From the NCBI RefSeq assembly GCF_003367075.2, contig NZ_CP065936.1, positions 1,410,001 to 1,442,000 of the forward strand: a stretch of DNA of 32,000 bases. Direction: 5' to 3'. The translations under genes were made by a program, and so were the position numbers. The notes under the pieces are model-generated. The model was not told the DNA's origin. It was given only the letters and a program-made list of their open reading frames with translations, and did not search any database. The DNA comes from Cylindrospermopsis raciborskii Cr2010. GTDB taxonomy: Bacteria; Cyanobacteriota; Cyanobacteriia; Cyanobacteriales; Nostocaceae. Shown piece after piece: positions 8,016-17,696 of the stretch; the stretch's first letter is position 1, and each line of letters begins with the position of its first letter.

Positions 8016-8879
8016 TCAGGATTTTTGTGACTGGGTATTGGTCAAGCGCACAAAGGCTAATAAATCCTGTAAAATCACCTCGTGGTAATGCTCTTGAGGA
8101 TAATGACCCACATTGTTAAGTTTTATGATTTCAACATCGGGTACAGATTGAGCAAAACTCTCCGCCAGTTCTACAGACAACCAAGGATCAATAGCTCCCC
8201 ACTGCACTAAAATCGGTTTTTGCCATTTCTGAAATCCCATTTCGATTTCTTTGGTTACTGCATCCAGTTGTAAGTTTCTAATGGTTGATAACAAGCTCCT
8301 TCCCGAAGCGGAGGTTTTTAAAAACGGTTTTCTATAAATGTCCAAATCTTTGTCTTCGATGCGATAACAGCTACCGCTTTCTAAGGTTCTATCCACTAAT
8401 AAGGGGTCTTGAGTTATTATTTCCCCTGCTATGGGTAAACCCATTTGTCCGATTTTCCATGGAAGTTTGGCACTAGTGCCAATGGGGGTATTTAAAATAA
8501 CAATGTTGGCAATTTTCTCAGGATGACGTAAAGCATATTGAAGTCCCACCGAACCCAAAAACCCCTGCACCACTAAGGAGAATTTTGGTAAATCAATGGC
8601 TTGAACAAAGTCTTCTAGGGCGTGAATAAATGCTTCCGGTGTGTAAGCAAAATCCTGCTTTTCAGGTTTACCTGAAAAACCATAACCAATCCAATCGGGA
8701 GCAATTGCTTTTGTCCCTTGTGCTGCTAATGCTGGTATAATATTTCTCCAGCTGTAACTTTGGGAAACTATACCATGTAGCAATAATACGGGTAATAGAT
8801 TGCTCTTGCCCATGGGTTCAGCTTGTCTATAAAACCATTCTAGTGAGTTTACTGTTATTTTATGTTCTGTTATTGACAT
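8016..8879 (-). CDS. Alpha/beta-fold hydrolase (haloalkane dehalogenase-like subfamily)
   Basis: 287-aa ORF. LLLHG, PDWIGYGFS, nucleophile region VVQGFLG, and C-terminal GHYPQE. Confidence 0.8.
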   Translation of the reverse strand: MSITEHKITVNSLEWFYRQAEPMGKSNLLPVLLLHGIVSQSYSWRNIIPALAAQGTKAIAPDWIGYGFSGKPEKQDFAYTPEAFIHALEDFVQAIDLPKFSLVVQGFLGSVGLQYALRHPEKIANIVILNTPIGTSAKLPWKIGQMGLPIAGEIITQDPLLVDRTLESGSCYRIEDKDLDIYRKPFLKTSASGRSLLSTIRNLQLDAVTKEIEMGFQKWQKPILVQWGAIDPWLSVELAESFAQSVPDVEIIKLNNVGHYPQEHYHEVILQDLLAFVRLTNTQSQKS

Positions 8880-8901
8880 TTAATTTGAGAATTGGCGAAT
8901 A

Positions 8902-9321
8902 TTATCTGTTTAAAGCTGCAATAATCTGTCCGTTTGCAGCAGGAAATTCAAACTGCTCTAAATCATCTAAATTGACCCAACGGAATTCAGCACACTCTAA
9001 GGTCTGGGGAGTACCATCCAGGTAGTCACAATGATAGACCCTCAAGGTGACCTGCAGGTGGGAATAGGTATGGTCAATGGTTATCAAATGTTCTCTCACG
9101 GCAATTTTAATGCCTAATTCTTCCCTAATCTCCCGCACTATACAATCTTGGATGGTTTCCCCTTCCTCCATTTTCCCACCAGGAAACTCCCATAGATTGG
9201 CCATGGACCCTGTGGGTAACCGACGGTCAATTAAAATTTGTTTTTCCTGATTCCAAATCACCCCAACCCCAATAATTTTATGGGGAAGAATGGTGTTCTG
9301 TTGAGGGTTAGGAGTTGTCAT
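8902..9321 (-). CDS. mutT: NUDIX hydrolase, MutT-like 8-oxo-dGTP diphosphatase
   Basis: 139-aa ORF with a complete Nudix box, GGKMEEGETIQDCIVREIREELGI. Confidence 0.85.
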   Translation of the reverse strand: MTTPNPQQNTILPHKIIGVGVIWNQEKQILIDRRLPTGSMANLWEFPGGKMEEGETIQDCIVREIREELGIKIAVREHLITIDHTYSHLQVTLRVYHCDYLDGTPQTLECAEFRWVNLDDLEQFEFPAANGQIIAALNR

Positions 9322-9369
9322 ATTTAAAAACTAAAATCTAAAATATAGTAGTTTTTTATTTTGGTTTAA

Positions 9370-9435
9370 GTGGGTGGGTGGAATTAAATATAAGATGAAC
9401 GTAGGTTGGGTTGAAGTATGAAACCCAACGCCCAC
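9370..9435 (+). repeat. Hairpin element, family B (single-module copy with 30-nt tail)
   Basis: Sequence is gtgggtgggtggaattaaatataagatgaa-cgtaggttgggttgaagtatgaaacccaacg-cccac. This is the reverse complement of the right part of the 6314 and 18185 copies. It lies 7 nt from the stop codon of the gene at 9443-9790 and 49 nt upstream of the mutT start. Confidence 0.85.
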
Positions 9436-9442
9436 AGGTGTA

Positions 9443-9790
9443 TTATTCCTTGTTGTCGCTTTTACTTGTTTCAGTTTTATCCAGGGACAGATCAAAGTTC
9501 ATCCTCTGCTCCGCATTACGTAAAAAATAACCACTGATCATTGCTGAAGCAAGCAATCTACCCAAGTTTTCCTTACTGGTGGTAATGGCAATTCCAAAGT
9601 GTTCTGAGGGTAAATTACCCAGTAGTCCCACAATGTTGCGCTCCATCACCTGAAATACTTCTGAGGATGTAGGTTTAGACAGTTGATTTACTGCTTCAGG
9701 ACTCAAAGACTTAACGTATTGCCATAAGAGGTTACTGTTCTCAACTTCACCATGAAAAAACTCGGATACTTCCCTAGGTTGGTTACTCAC
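9443..9790 (-). CDS. DUF760-like small conserved cyanobacterial/plastid-lineage protein
   Basis: 115-aa ORF. The pattern LWQYVKSLSPEAVNQLSKP...VFQVMERNIVGLLGNLP matches what I recall of DUF760. Function unknown. Confidence 0.6.
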   Translation of the reverse strand: MSNQPREVSEFFHGEVENSNLLWQYVKSLSPEAVNQLSKPTSSEVFQVMERNIVGLLGNLPSEHFGIAITTSKENLGRLLASAMISGYFLRNAEQRMNFDLSLDKTETSKSDNKE

Positions 9791-10019
9791 TGCTGCTCTC
9801 CTTTGCTACAACTACGTAATCTGATAATTGATACCTAAATAATTAGCCAGTTAACGGTTTTGTATCTGAAATGATAAAAAATTTAGGCTTACGACCTGAC
9901 ACTTAATATAACAGGTTATTCTGAATCTGGAAATTAGGTTTAACCGTACAAAAATTAGATCAGTTGTCCGAACAGGGTTGGTAAATGGCGAAGTCCCATA
10001 TCCAATCCCTGTCTTCCAC

Positions 10020-11018
10020 TTAACTAACAAGATATTCACTCATGCTAGTTTTACATCTACGCAGTCTTGTTAAGGCTTCTCTTTCAATTTGTCGCACCCT
10101 TTCTCGACTAATATTCAACACCTCTCCAATTCTGGCCAAGGTCATAGACTGACCGTCTACCAAACCAAAACGCAGTTTAATTACCTCCCTTTGCTGGGGA
10201 GTAAGATGGGTCATCATCCGATCTAATTCGGAAGATAGGGAAGATTGAATCACATAATCTTCCGGTGACGCACCCGGGTCTTCTAGCATTTCTCCCAGTT
10301 CAGTGTCGTAATTATCCCCTAAACGTAAGTCCAGGGATAAGGGTAGGCGAGCTTTTTCTAAACAGTCCCTCACTTGTTTAGGTGTTATTTCCAGCTCTTG
10401 AGCAAGTTCAGCTATACTGGGTGACCTTCCCAAGGTTTGTGATAAATACCTTTGGGCTTTTTTGATTTTGTTGAGTTTTTCAGTAATGTGTATGGGCAGT
10501 CTAATAGTCCTGGCTTTTTCTGCAATAGCACGAGTAATTGCCTGACGTATCCACCAATAAGCATAGGTGGAAAACCTATAGCCTTTACTGGGGTCAAACT
10601 TCTCCACGCCCCGCTGCATCCCTATACTACCCTCCTGAATTAAATCAAGTAGGTCTACATTACGCTTAATATATTTTTTGGCTACAGATACTACCAGACG
10701 TAAATTGGCTTCTACCATCTTACGTTTAGCAATTTCCCCCTGACCCAGCAACCGATTTAATTCTTGTGGATCTAACTGCGCTGCTTTTGCCCACTCTTCT
10801 AAACTTGGCTGACGGTTTAACTCTTGAGCTAGATTATCTTTTGTCTCATACAATGCTGTGGATTTTTGCACCTGTTTACCATAATAAATCTCCTGTTCAT
10901 GGGTTAAAAGTGGTACTTTGCCAATCTCCCGCAGGTAAGTCCGCACTATGTCCGTGGGTGTTTGAGCGGTTTTCATGGCGTTACTGTTTAATGATGCTAG
11001 GTTTGCTGGTAGTGTCAT
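10020..11018 (-). CDS. RNA polymerase sigma-70 family factor, group 2 (RpoD-like, non-essential class)
   Basis: 332-aa ORF with regions 1.2 ([16 protein letters not shown]), 2 ([12 protein letters not shown]...[37 protein letters not shown]), 3 and 4 (SRERVRQIE). Its length and the lack of a long region 1.1 indicate group 2. I cannot tell which paralog it is. Confidence 0.9.
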   Translation of the reverse strand: MTLPANLASLNSNAMKTAQTPTDIVRTYLREIGKVPLLTHEQEIYYGKQVQKSTALYETKDNLAQELNRQPSLEEWAKAAQLDPQELNRLLGQGEIAKRKMVEANLRLVVSVAKKYIKRNVDLLDLIQEGSIGMQRGVEKFDPSKGYRFSTYAYWWIRQAITRAIAEKARTIRLPIHITEKLNKIKKAQRYLSQTLGRSPSIAELAQELEITPKQVRDCLEKARLPLSLDLRLGDNYDTELGEMLEDPGASPEDYVIQSSLSSELDRMMTHLTPQQREVIKLRFGLVDGQSMTLARIGEVLNISRERVRQIEREALTRLRRCKTSMSEYLVS

Positions 11019-11592
11019 TAGCTAATGCCTTACTATTTTACAACTCGGGTAAACTGGGAAACCATCTCAAGTTTTGTAACTTATACACCCGATCAGGTCG
11101 GTTGTTGATATCAACTCGATAGAGGCTTTTTAACTGTTAGAGTTTATGGTGATTTATTGGTACTGAAAAGTACATATAAACTACATACAATGTTTTAAGT
11201 AATCCGTCAAATATTTTTACTTGATGTGATTATTACGAATTGTAACTTTTATGAGAAAAGTTGACTACCGGGAAACCCGAACTTTTTTGGTTTTATAGAG
11301 TACGGTTAATTTACCCAAAAGAGGACAAAGGCGAACTAGAACGCTTTCTCAATAATCATTTTTAGCTATTAACTCCCCTCCTGAGCGTTCCAGTTGGATT
11401 TACATTATAAATCGCCACATAATTGTTAATATCTCTCAATAATAACCATATTAATTTACCCATATTGATAAACGGTTACCAATATGGGTCATTTCTAAAT
11501 CCCAGTTATGCCCACCTCCACCTATAGGGGGGTGAGCCCCTGCAATTACGCCATTAACTCTCCTTGATGTGGAGACTTGGGAAGATAGGTTT

Positions 11593-14500
11593 TTAAAAAG
11601 AGTACTCCTGAATGGTTTTGACATCCAAGCTTATATTCTGTAAAGAGCGAATAGCAGCTACGGTTGCTTTTGCACCCGCTATGGTGGTAATTATAGGTAT
11701 CTTATACCCTAATGCTGTACGTCTAATCAATTGTCCATCAGTACGGGCTTCTTGTCCTGAAGGTGTGTTAATGATTAACTGAATTTGTCGGTTTTTAATG
11801 GCATCCAGCACATGGGGACGACCTTCATGCAGTTTAAGAATGGTCTCAATTTGTAGACCCTGTTCCCTTAGAAATTCACTGGTTCCCTGAGTAGCAATCA
11901 CCTTAAAGCCTAGCTGAATAAATTCTTTGATCACTTCCACTACTAAGCTCTTGTCTCGATCGCTCATAGATACAAACACAGTACCTTGGAGTGGTAATTT
12001 TTCCCCTGCACCCATTTCTGCTTTAGCAAATGCTCGCCCAAAATCAACGTCAATACCCATTACCTCACCGGTTGAACGCATTTCCGGTCCTAATAGGGTA
12101 TCTGTACCAGGGAATTTATTAAAGGGTAAAACAGCTTCCTTAACTGCTATATGTTGGGGAATAACTTCTTGGGTAAAGTTTAATTCTTCGAGTGTTTTAC
12201 CAGACATAATTAGGGATGCCAATCTAGCCAAGGGAACTCCTGTAGCTTTAGAGACAAATGGCACCGTACGAGAGGCACGGGGATTGGCTTCTAAAATGTA
12301 AACCTGGGGAGAATAGCTACTAGCACCCACAACGGCAAACTGAATGTTCATTAAGCCGACTACTGATAAGGCTTTTGCCAGTTCTACAGTCCAAGTTCTA
12401 ATTTGGTTCAAAACCGCAGGGGAAAGAGAAATGGAAGGGAGGGAACATGCCGAGTCTCCTGAGTGAATACCCGCCTGTTCAATGTGCTCCATAATGCCCC
12501 CAATCACTACTCTCCCTTGATGATCGGCGATCGCATCTACATCAACTTCAATGGCATTTTCCAGGAACTTATCAATGAGGATAGGATGTTCTGGCTCTAC
12601 TTGAACTGCAAAGCTCATATATCTTTCTAATTCTGAGTCAGAGTAAACTATTTCCATAGCTCTTCCTCCCAGAACGTAACTAGGACGAACTACCACTGGA
12701 TAGCCAATGCGCTTGGCTACAATTAATGCATCTTCATAACTTCTGGCTATACCATTAGCTGGTTGGGCGATTTTTAGTTTTTCCAAAATCTTTTCAAATC
12801 GCTCGCGATTTTCCGCCATATCAATAGAATCGGGAGATGTTCCCCAAATACGGGTAACTGTGGATGGGGATTTCTCCAAGTATTCTTGTAGGGGGACTGC
12901 TAACTTGAGAGGAGTTTGTCCACCGAACTGAACAATAATACCCACTGGATTTTCCGCTTCAATAATGTTGAGAACATCCTCCTTGGTCAGAGGTTCAAAA
13001 TATAGGCGATCGCTGGTATCATAATCTGTAGAAACCGTTTCTGGATTAGAATTAACCATAATGGTTTCATAGTTGGCGTATTTTAAGGCGTATGCTGCAT
13101 GACAACAACAATAATCAAATTCTATTCCCTGACCGATGCGGTTAGGTCCACCACCTAAGATCATTACCTTAGGCTTATCAGTGGGTAGAATTTCAGTTTC
13201 CTCCTCATAGGTGGAATAATAATAGGGTGTAAAAGCCTCAAACTCCGCTGCACAGGTATCCACAGTCTTATAAACTGGAATTACACCCAATTGTTTACGA
13301 TATGCTCTAACCTCATCCTCCTTAGTTTTGGTGCAGAAAGCAATTTGGCGATCGCTAAAACCATTGCGTTTAACCTCATACATCTGCACCTTTGTCAGTT
13401 GTTGTAGAGGTGTGCGTTTCAAGAACTTCTCAGTTTCCAGAATTTGGTGCAATTTATCCAAAAACCAGGGGTCAATAGCAGTCAATTCATAAATTTCCTC
13501 ATTGCTCAGACCCAACTGCATAGCGTGACGTAGGGCAAAAATCCTTTCAGGATTGGGGGTACGTAATTGAGCGCGAACCTGTTCTCCACTGGGTAGCTTT
13601 TCCGCTTTATCTGCTCCCCATCCAGCACGACCAGTTTCCAAAGAGCGTAAAGCCTTTTGGAAAGACTCATTAAAAGTTCTGCCAATAGCCATTGCTTCAC
13701 CCACAGACTTCATTTGAGTGGTTAATACCGGATCTGATCCAGGGAACTTCTCAAAAGCGAACCGGGGAATCTTAGTCACCACATAGTCAATAGTAGGTTC
13801 AAAAGAAGCGGGGGTTTTTTTGGTAATATCATTTTTAATCTCATCCAAAGTATAACCCACAGCCAATTTAGCGGCCATTTTAGCAATAGGAAATCCAGTA
13901 GCTTTAGAAGCTAAAGCGGAACTACGGGATACACGGGGGTTCATTTCAATCACCACCACATCCCCATTTACCGGATTGACAGCAAATTGAATATTAGAAC
14001 CCCCCGTTTCTACCCCTATTTCCCGGATAATCTTAATTGCCATATCCCGCAATCGTTGGTATTCCTTATCCGTTAGGGTTTGAGCTGGAGCTACAGTAAT
14101 AGAATCCCCAGTATGTATCCCCATAGGATCTAAATTCTCAATAGAACAGATAATTACCACATTATCTGCTAGGTCTCGCATTACTTCCAACTCATATTCT
14201 TTCCAACCCAGTAAAGACTGGTCAATTAAAATTTGTGACACAGGACTAGCATCAATACCCACCTGGGCCATCAATTCAAATTCTTCCTTATTGTAGGCAA
14301 TACCCCCACCAGTACCCCCCATGGTAAAAGCTGGACGAATAATTAAGGGGTAAGATCCTATTCTCTGTGCGATCGCCTTTGATTCTTCCAAACTGGATGC
14401 TGTACCACTGGGACAAACATTCACGCCAATTTTCTCCATGGCGTCATTAAACAATTTTCGGTCCTCAGCTTTTTCAATTGCTGGTAATTTGGCACCAATC

Positions 14501-14844
14501 AGTTCAACATTATACTCTTCTAAAACGCCATTCTTAGCCAAAGCTACGGCAATGTTTAAAGCAGTTTGTCCACCCATGGTAGGGAGCAGAGCATCAGGAC
14601 GTTCTTTAGCTATAACCTTAGCTACCATTTCCGGTGTTAAAGGTTCAATATAGGTGCGGTCTGCTGTTTCTGGATCGGTCATAATAGTAGCAGGGTTAGA
14701 ATTAACTAGTACTACTTCAAAACCCTCTTCCCGTAAAGCTTTACATGCTTGAGTACCTGAGTAATCAAACTCACAAGCCTGACCAATCACGATTGGACCA
14801 GAACCTAACAGAAGTATTTTGTGGATATCTTGACGACGGGGCAT
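11593..14844 (-). CDS. carB: Carbamoyl-phosphate synthase large subunit
   Basis: 1083-aa ORF with duplicated ATP-grasp halves, an N-terminus [22 protein letters not shown] repeated internally as [22 protein letters not shown], and a C-terminal MGS-like domain. Confidence 0.97.
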   Translation of the reverse strand: MPRRQDIHKILLLGSGPIVIGQACEFDYSGTQACKALREEGFEVVLVNSNPATIMTDPETADRTYIEPLTPEMVAKVIAKERPDALLPTMGGQTALNIAVALAKNGVLEEYNVELIGAKLPAIEKAEDRKLFNDAMEKIGVNVCPSGTASSLEESKAIAQRIGSYPLIIRPAFTMGGTGGGIAYNKEEFELMAQVGIDASPVSQILIDQSLLGWKEYELEVMRDLADNVVIICSIENLDPMGIHTGDSITVAPAQTLTDKEYQRLRDMAIKIIREIGVETGGSNIQFAVNPVNGDVVVIEMNPRVSRSSALASKATGFPIAKMAAKLAVGYTLDEIKNDITKKTPASFEPTIDYVVTKIPRFAFEKFPGSDPVLTTQMKSVGEAMAIGRTFNESFQKALRSLETGRAGWGADKAEKLPSGEQVRAQLRTPNPERIFALRHAMQLGLSNEEIYELTAIDPWFLDKLHQILETEKFLKRTPLQQLTKVQMYEVKRNGFSDRQIAFCTKTKEDEVRAYRKQLGVIPVYKTVDTCAAEFEAFTPYYYSTYEEETEILPTDKPKVMILGGGPNRIGQGIEFDYCCCHAAYALKYANYETIMVNSNPETVSTDYDTSDRLYFEPLTKEDVLNIIEAENPVGIIVQFGGQTPLKLAVPLQEYLEKSPSTVTRIWGTSPDSIDMAENRERFEKILEKLKIAQPANGIARSYEDALIVAKRIGYPVVVRPSYVLGGRAMEIVYSDSELERYMSFAVQVEPEHPILIDKFLENAIEVDVDAIADHQGRVVIGGIMEHIEQAGIHSGDSACSLPSISLSPAVLNQIRTWTVELAKALSVVGLMNIQFAVVGASSYSPQVYILEANPRASRTVPFVSKATGVPLARLASLIMSGKTLEELNFTQEVIPQHIAVKEAVLPFNKFPGTDTLLGPEMRSTGEVMGIDVDFGRAFAKAEMGAGEKLPLQGTVFVSMSDRDKSLVVEVIKEFIQLGFKVIATQGTSEFLREQGLQIETILKLHEGRPHVLDAIKNRQIQLIINTPSGQEARTDGQLIRRTALGYKIPIITTIAGAKATVAAIRSLQNISLDVKTIQEYSF

Positions 14845-14907
14845 AGTTTTTACTTTAGATCGGGAAAATACAAATCTTGACTATTATGAACTAACTGTTA
14901 ACAAAAT

Positions 14908-14947
14908 ATATGGAAAATACATAACATAATATGGAAAATACATAACA
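14908..14947. repeat. Perfect 19-bp direct repeat (atatggaaaatacataaca) x2 with 21-bp period, upstream of carB
   Basis: Copies lie at 14908-14926 and 14929-14947, 64-103 bp upstream of the carB start codon at 14844. Confidence 0.9.
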
Positions 14948-15055
14948 CATAGGAAGTTAGAATTTCCTCGTGTTAGGTGTGCGATACACAGAAAGTTGAA
15001 ATCAGGCAAGTTTCAGCGTGTGATTTTGAAGTGTATTAAATTCTATTAAATTTTA

Positions 15056-16165
15056 TTAAGGTTTAAGCACAAAGTTAACTGTTGTTCTTACCCCTCTTCT
15101 ACCCCCCTCCAAAGGTCTTAACTTCCATTCTTCTACCCCCTCCCTAGCAGCTTCATCCAGCTCATTATCACCACTGGGACGATCCACAATTACAGAAGTA
15201 ATATTACCATTACTATCTGCGTCCAGAATTAAATGAACAGTAGTTTTTGTGCCACTTCTACCCCGCCTTTTAGCTCCCTCCGGATATTTGAGGGGTGGAC
15301 ATCGGATACAATCCACACGACTTAGAATGGCACCGCTGTTGGGACTCGCTTTAGGGGTTGGTGTCTCCTCTATCTTTCTTGTATTCTCCACCCCATCACC
15401 ATTTCCAATACCATCACCATTCCCAACCCCATTACCATTCCCAACCCCATTACCATTTCCAACCCCATCACCATTTCCAACCCCATTACCATTTCCAACC
15501 CCATTACCTAGTGGTGTTTGGGGAATATTATTTGCATCAGTTCCACCGATGGGTGTATTGTGAGCGTTTCCATCGCTGACGGTTGTTGGCTGTGCGATCG
15601 GTAACTTAGTGTTAGTGATACTTGTTACTACAGGTTGTGTAGTTTCTGTTTGTATAACTTTGGGTATTGGTAGTTGAGGATTTGGTTTGATCTGATCTCT
15701 CACTTTAGTAGTAGGAGCAATTTTTGACCCTACTCTTCTTGTTGTGACCCGAGGAATAGTTGAACTCAGTGGATATTTGACAACAGAATCCCCCGTATTT
15801 AAATTCTTAGGTTCAGGAATAGGATTATCCATCCTAGGAAAAGTGGCCCTGGGCATGAGAACCTTAAAGTTTTTATTACCAGTGATCTTTCCACTACTTA
15901 GACTACCAGATTTGCTCTCAGTTGGTGAGATTTTCATTTCTGGTGGTTTGGTCACTGTTTCCTTTATAGGTTCAGGTTCCTCAATAATTTCCAGTTCAAC
16001 TACTTGTGGATTCTCTTGTTTAAATTTCCGTAATAATTCCCCAAAAACTAATCCTATCAAACCAATATGTATTACGAAAGAGGCCATGACACTGTACATC
16101 AAAAAAGATTTTAGTGACCTGGCTTCTTTTTCTCGCTGTTTGAGAACTATCCTTGAAGATGCCAT
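15056..16165 (-). CDS. TonB-family energy transducer-like protein with a Gly/Asn hexapeptide repeat linker
   Basis: 369-aa ORF. N-terminal TM helix (FLMYSVMASFVIHIGLIGLVFG), then a Pro/Thr-rich region, then GNG[ND]GV repeats. The C-terminal region (LKYPEGAKRRGRSGT...V...D..GN...V.V.RPSG...LDEAAREGVEEWKLRP) resembles the TonB C-terminal domain. Confidence 0.7.
   Translation of the reverse strand: MASSRIVLKQREKEARSLKSFLMYSVMASFVIHIGLIGLVFGELLRKFKQENPQVVELEIIEEPEPIKETVTKPPEMKISPTESKSGSLSSGKITGNKNFKVLMPRATFPRMDNPIPEPKNLNTGDSVVKYPLSSTIPRVTTRRVGSKIAPTTKVRDQIKPNPQLPIPKVIQTETTQPVVTSITNTKLPIAQPTTVSDGNAHNTPIGGTDANNIPQTPLGNGVGNGNGVGNGDGVGNGNGVGNGNGVGNGDGIGNGDGVENTRKIEETPTPKASPNSGAILSRVDCIRCPPLKYPEGAKRRGRSGTKTTVHLILDADSNGNITSVIVDRPSGDNELDEAAREGVEEWKLRPLEGGRRGVRTTVNFVLKP
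15391..15510. repeat. 18-bp tandem repeat (about 6.7 copies; ccccatYaccattYccaa) encoding GNG[ND]GV hexapeptides in the TonB-like gene
   Basis: Unit starts at 15391, 15409, 15427, 15445, 15463, 15481 and 15499. The repeat also generates the repetitive antisense ORFs at 15249-15579. Confidence 0.9.
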
Positions 16166-16312
16166 ACTTAAATATTAAACTTCCTAGCTCTGAAGAGACA
16201 GAGATTTGTTGAATAGTTCATAAATGTGATCTCCTAGGCTGACACAAGTGCCAATAGGAGATGTTTGAGCGAAGAATACCGTTAATGGTAATTTAGTTTA
16301 CTAGCAATAAAC

Positions 16313-16651
16313 TTACTTCTTCCAGCCTTTATCCGCTTGTTCTAGTACATAGGCTGCCACATTCTCAATTTGAGCAGATTTTAGTCTCTTACCGAATGCT
16401 GGCATAGCACCTTTACCCTTTGTAACCTGAGAAACAATGGCTTCCTGGGAGTACATGCCATACTTTTCTAAAGCCTCTTTTTTGAGTGTCTTAGCTGCAT
16501 TGACTAAGTTTTTACCACCAAGATGACATTGGGCACAATTAGCTTTAAATACACTTGCTCCAGCTGCTGCATCCACTGCTAAAGCTGAATTGCTGAAGGC
16601 AAGTGTGAAAATTGCAATACCCAGTAGTAATACGGAAATAATTCTCTTCAT
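16313..16651 (-). CDS. petJ: Cytochrome c6 precursor
   Basis: 112-aa ORF with a signal peptide ending ALA-VDAA, heme-binding CAQCH and a downstream Met ligand region (KGAMPAF). Size is typical of c6. Confidence 0.9.
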   Translation of the reverse strand: MKRIISVLLLGIAIFTLAFSNSALAVDAAAGASVFKANCAQCHLGGKNLVNAAKTLKKEALEKYGMYSQEAIVSQVTKGKGAMPAFGKRLKSAQIENVAAYVLEQADKGWKK

Positions 16652-16765
16652 GTGTTTTCTCTTTACAGCAAACTTGGATTTCGGAGTTAATGGAAATTTC
16701 CTCGTTTATTTTATTGGTCCTGTTTTCCATTAGTCAAACGACAGATGGTCAAACTTAGGCTGTCC

Positions 16766-16963
16766 TCAGGATGTATAAGTGAGTTTATGAGTGGCATCTC
16801 TCCGGATGCTTGACACGTTAGCTTGAGTTTTAGCCAGTTCAAAAATAGCCTTAGCGCGATTCTTAGAACCAAAGTTGTAATTATGTCTAGTTACTCCGCA
16901 ATGTTGACGGAATAGAGTCTCCTGTTTGTTATTGGGTTTTAATTCCCAACATACCCATGACAA
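16766..16963 (-). pseudogene. Decayed fragment of an IS200/IS605-family TnpB (OrfB/IS1341-type) gene
   Basis: 65-aa ORF. ELKPNNKQETLFRQHCGVTRHNYNFG resembles the TnpB N-terminal (Y)PnkeQ...fG..RfvyN motif. SSIRRDATHKLT resembles the mid-protein RkDflHKlt motif. The ~150 aa normally between them and the RuvC/zinc-finger C-terminus are missing. Confidence 0.5.
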
Positions 16964-16967
16964 AACT

Positions 16968-16986
16968 AGTCGGTTGAAAACCGACT
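16968..16986 (-). other. Stem-loop AGTCGGTT-gaa-AACCGACT between rpsN and the TnpB fragment
   Basis: 8-bp perfect stem. On the minus strand it is followed by AGTTTTG. It could be the rpsN terminator, 70 nt past the stop codon, or the left-end hairpin of the decayed IS element, or both. Confidence 0.45.
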
Positions 16987-17055
16987 TGAGCTTTGATCCA
17001 GGACTATCCTAAGACATGGGTAACTGCTTGAGCTATATAATGAGATAGTCCCCGA

Positions 17056-17358
17056 TTACCAACTAGACTTGACAACTCCAGGTAATAAACCTTGGTGTGC
17101 CCATTCTCGAAGAACGTTGCGAGATAGTCCAAAGTCCCGATAAACACCTCTAGGACGACCAGTCAACCAACAACGGTTTTGACGACGGGTAGGTGCGCTG
17201 TTGCGTGGTAGTTGTTGAATTTTTCGGTGCACCTCTAGTTTTTCCAGAGGTGATTCTGTAGTTCTAAACTCTTCCAACAGTGCTTCTCGTTTGGCAGCAT
17301 ACTTTGCTGCTAACCCAGCGCGTTTTTTTTCGCGCTCAATCATGCTCTTTTTAGCCAT
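17056..17358 (-). CDS. rpsN: 30S ribosomal protein S14
   Basis: 100-aa [16 protein letters not shown]...[26 protein letters not shown]...W. This is the canonical long-form S14. Confidence 0.95.
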   Translation of the reverse strand: MAKKSMIEREKKRAGLAAKYAAKREALLEEFRTTESPLEKLEVHRKIQQLPRNSAPTRRQNRCWLTGRPRGVYRDFGLSRNVLREWAHQGLLPGVVKSSW

Positions 17359-17507
17359 AAAAATCCAATTTATTAAAAGGCCGCATTCCCTATATTACAT
17401 CCTACATCTACAGAAAGTCTCTATCAAGTCAAATAAAATTCAAATTTATCAAAATTTGTGGTCTAAAAACATCGTCTTTGATGACTTCTAATTCTTTAGC
17501 TATTCTA

Positions 17508-17579
17508 AGCCCGTGACGAGGATTGAACTCGTGACCTCACCCTTACCAAGGGTGTGCTCTACCACTGAGCCACACGGGC
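17508..17579 (-). tRNA. tRNA-Thr (anticodon GGU)
   Basis: Hand-folded 72-nt cloverleaf from the reverse complement: acceptor GCCCGTG/CACGGGC, D arm GCTC/GAGC, anticodon arm CACCC-TTGGTAA-GGGTG, T arm ACGAG-TTCAATC-CTCGT. CCA is not encoded. Confidence 0.93.
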
Positions 17580-17610
17580 AAACCATAGTATGCTTTTACG
17601 TTTAATTAAG

Positions 17611-17696
17611 TGGTGGGCCGGGCTAGATTCGAACTAGCGTAGGCGCAAGCCAGCGGATTTACAGTCCGCCTCCATTAACCGCTCGGACACCGACCC
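17611..17696 (-). tRNA. tRNA-Tyr (anticodon GUA), class II with long variable arm
   Basis: Hand-folded 86-nt cloverleaf: acceptor GGGTCGG/CCGGCCC, anticodon arm GCGGA-CTGTAAA-TCCGC, 14-nt variable arm, T arm GCTAG-TTCGAAT-CTAGC. The 3' CCA is encoded. It lies 31 nt upstream of tRNA-Thr on the same strand. Confidence 0.93.

Noticed and set aside
9851-10039. 62-aa ORF overlapping the 3' end of the sigma-factor gene
   Set aside because: It has no motifs, lies in AT-rich intergenic sequence and overlaps a well-supported gene.
11160-11173. GTA-N8-TAC (NtcA-box-like) palindrome about 145 bp upstream of the sigma-factor start codon
   Set aside because: The 6 specified bases are expected several times by chance in 32 kb. 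No well-placed TAnnnT -10 hexamer lies about 22 nt downstream on the gene's strand. The evidence is not strong enough to call.
10412-14653. Assorted ORFs of 61-124 aa nested within or antisense to the sigma-factor gene and carB (10412, 10452, 10766, 11927, 13506, 14438)
   Set aside because: All are nested in long, motif-rich genes and lack recognisable features of their own.
15249-15579. Two repetitive ORFs (PFPTPL and HYHSQP repeats) on the + strand
   Set aside because: They are antisense or frame-shifted readings of the 18-bp tandem repeat inside the TonB-like gene, whose TM helix and TonB_C-like end support the minus-strand frame.
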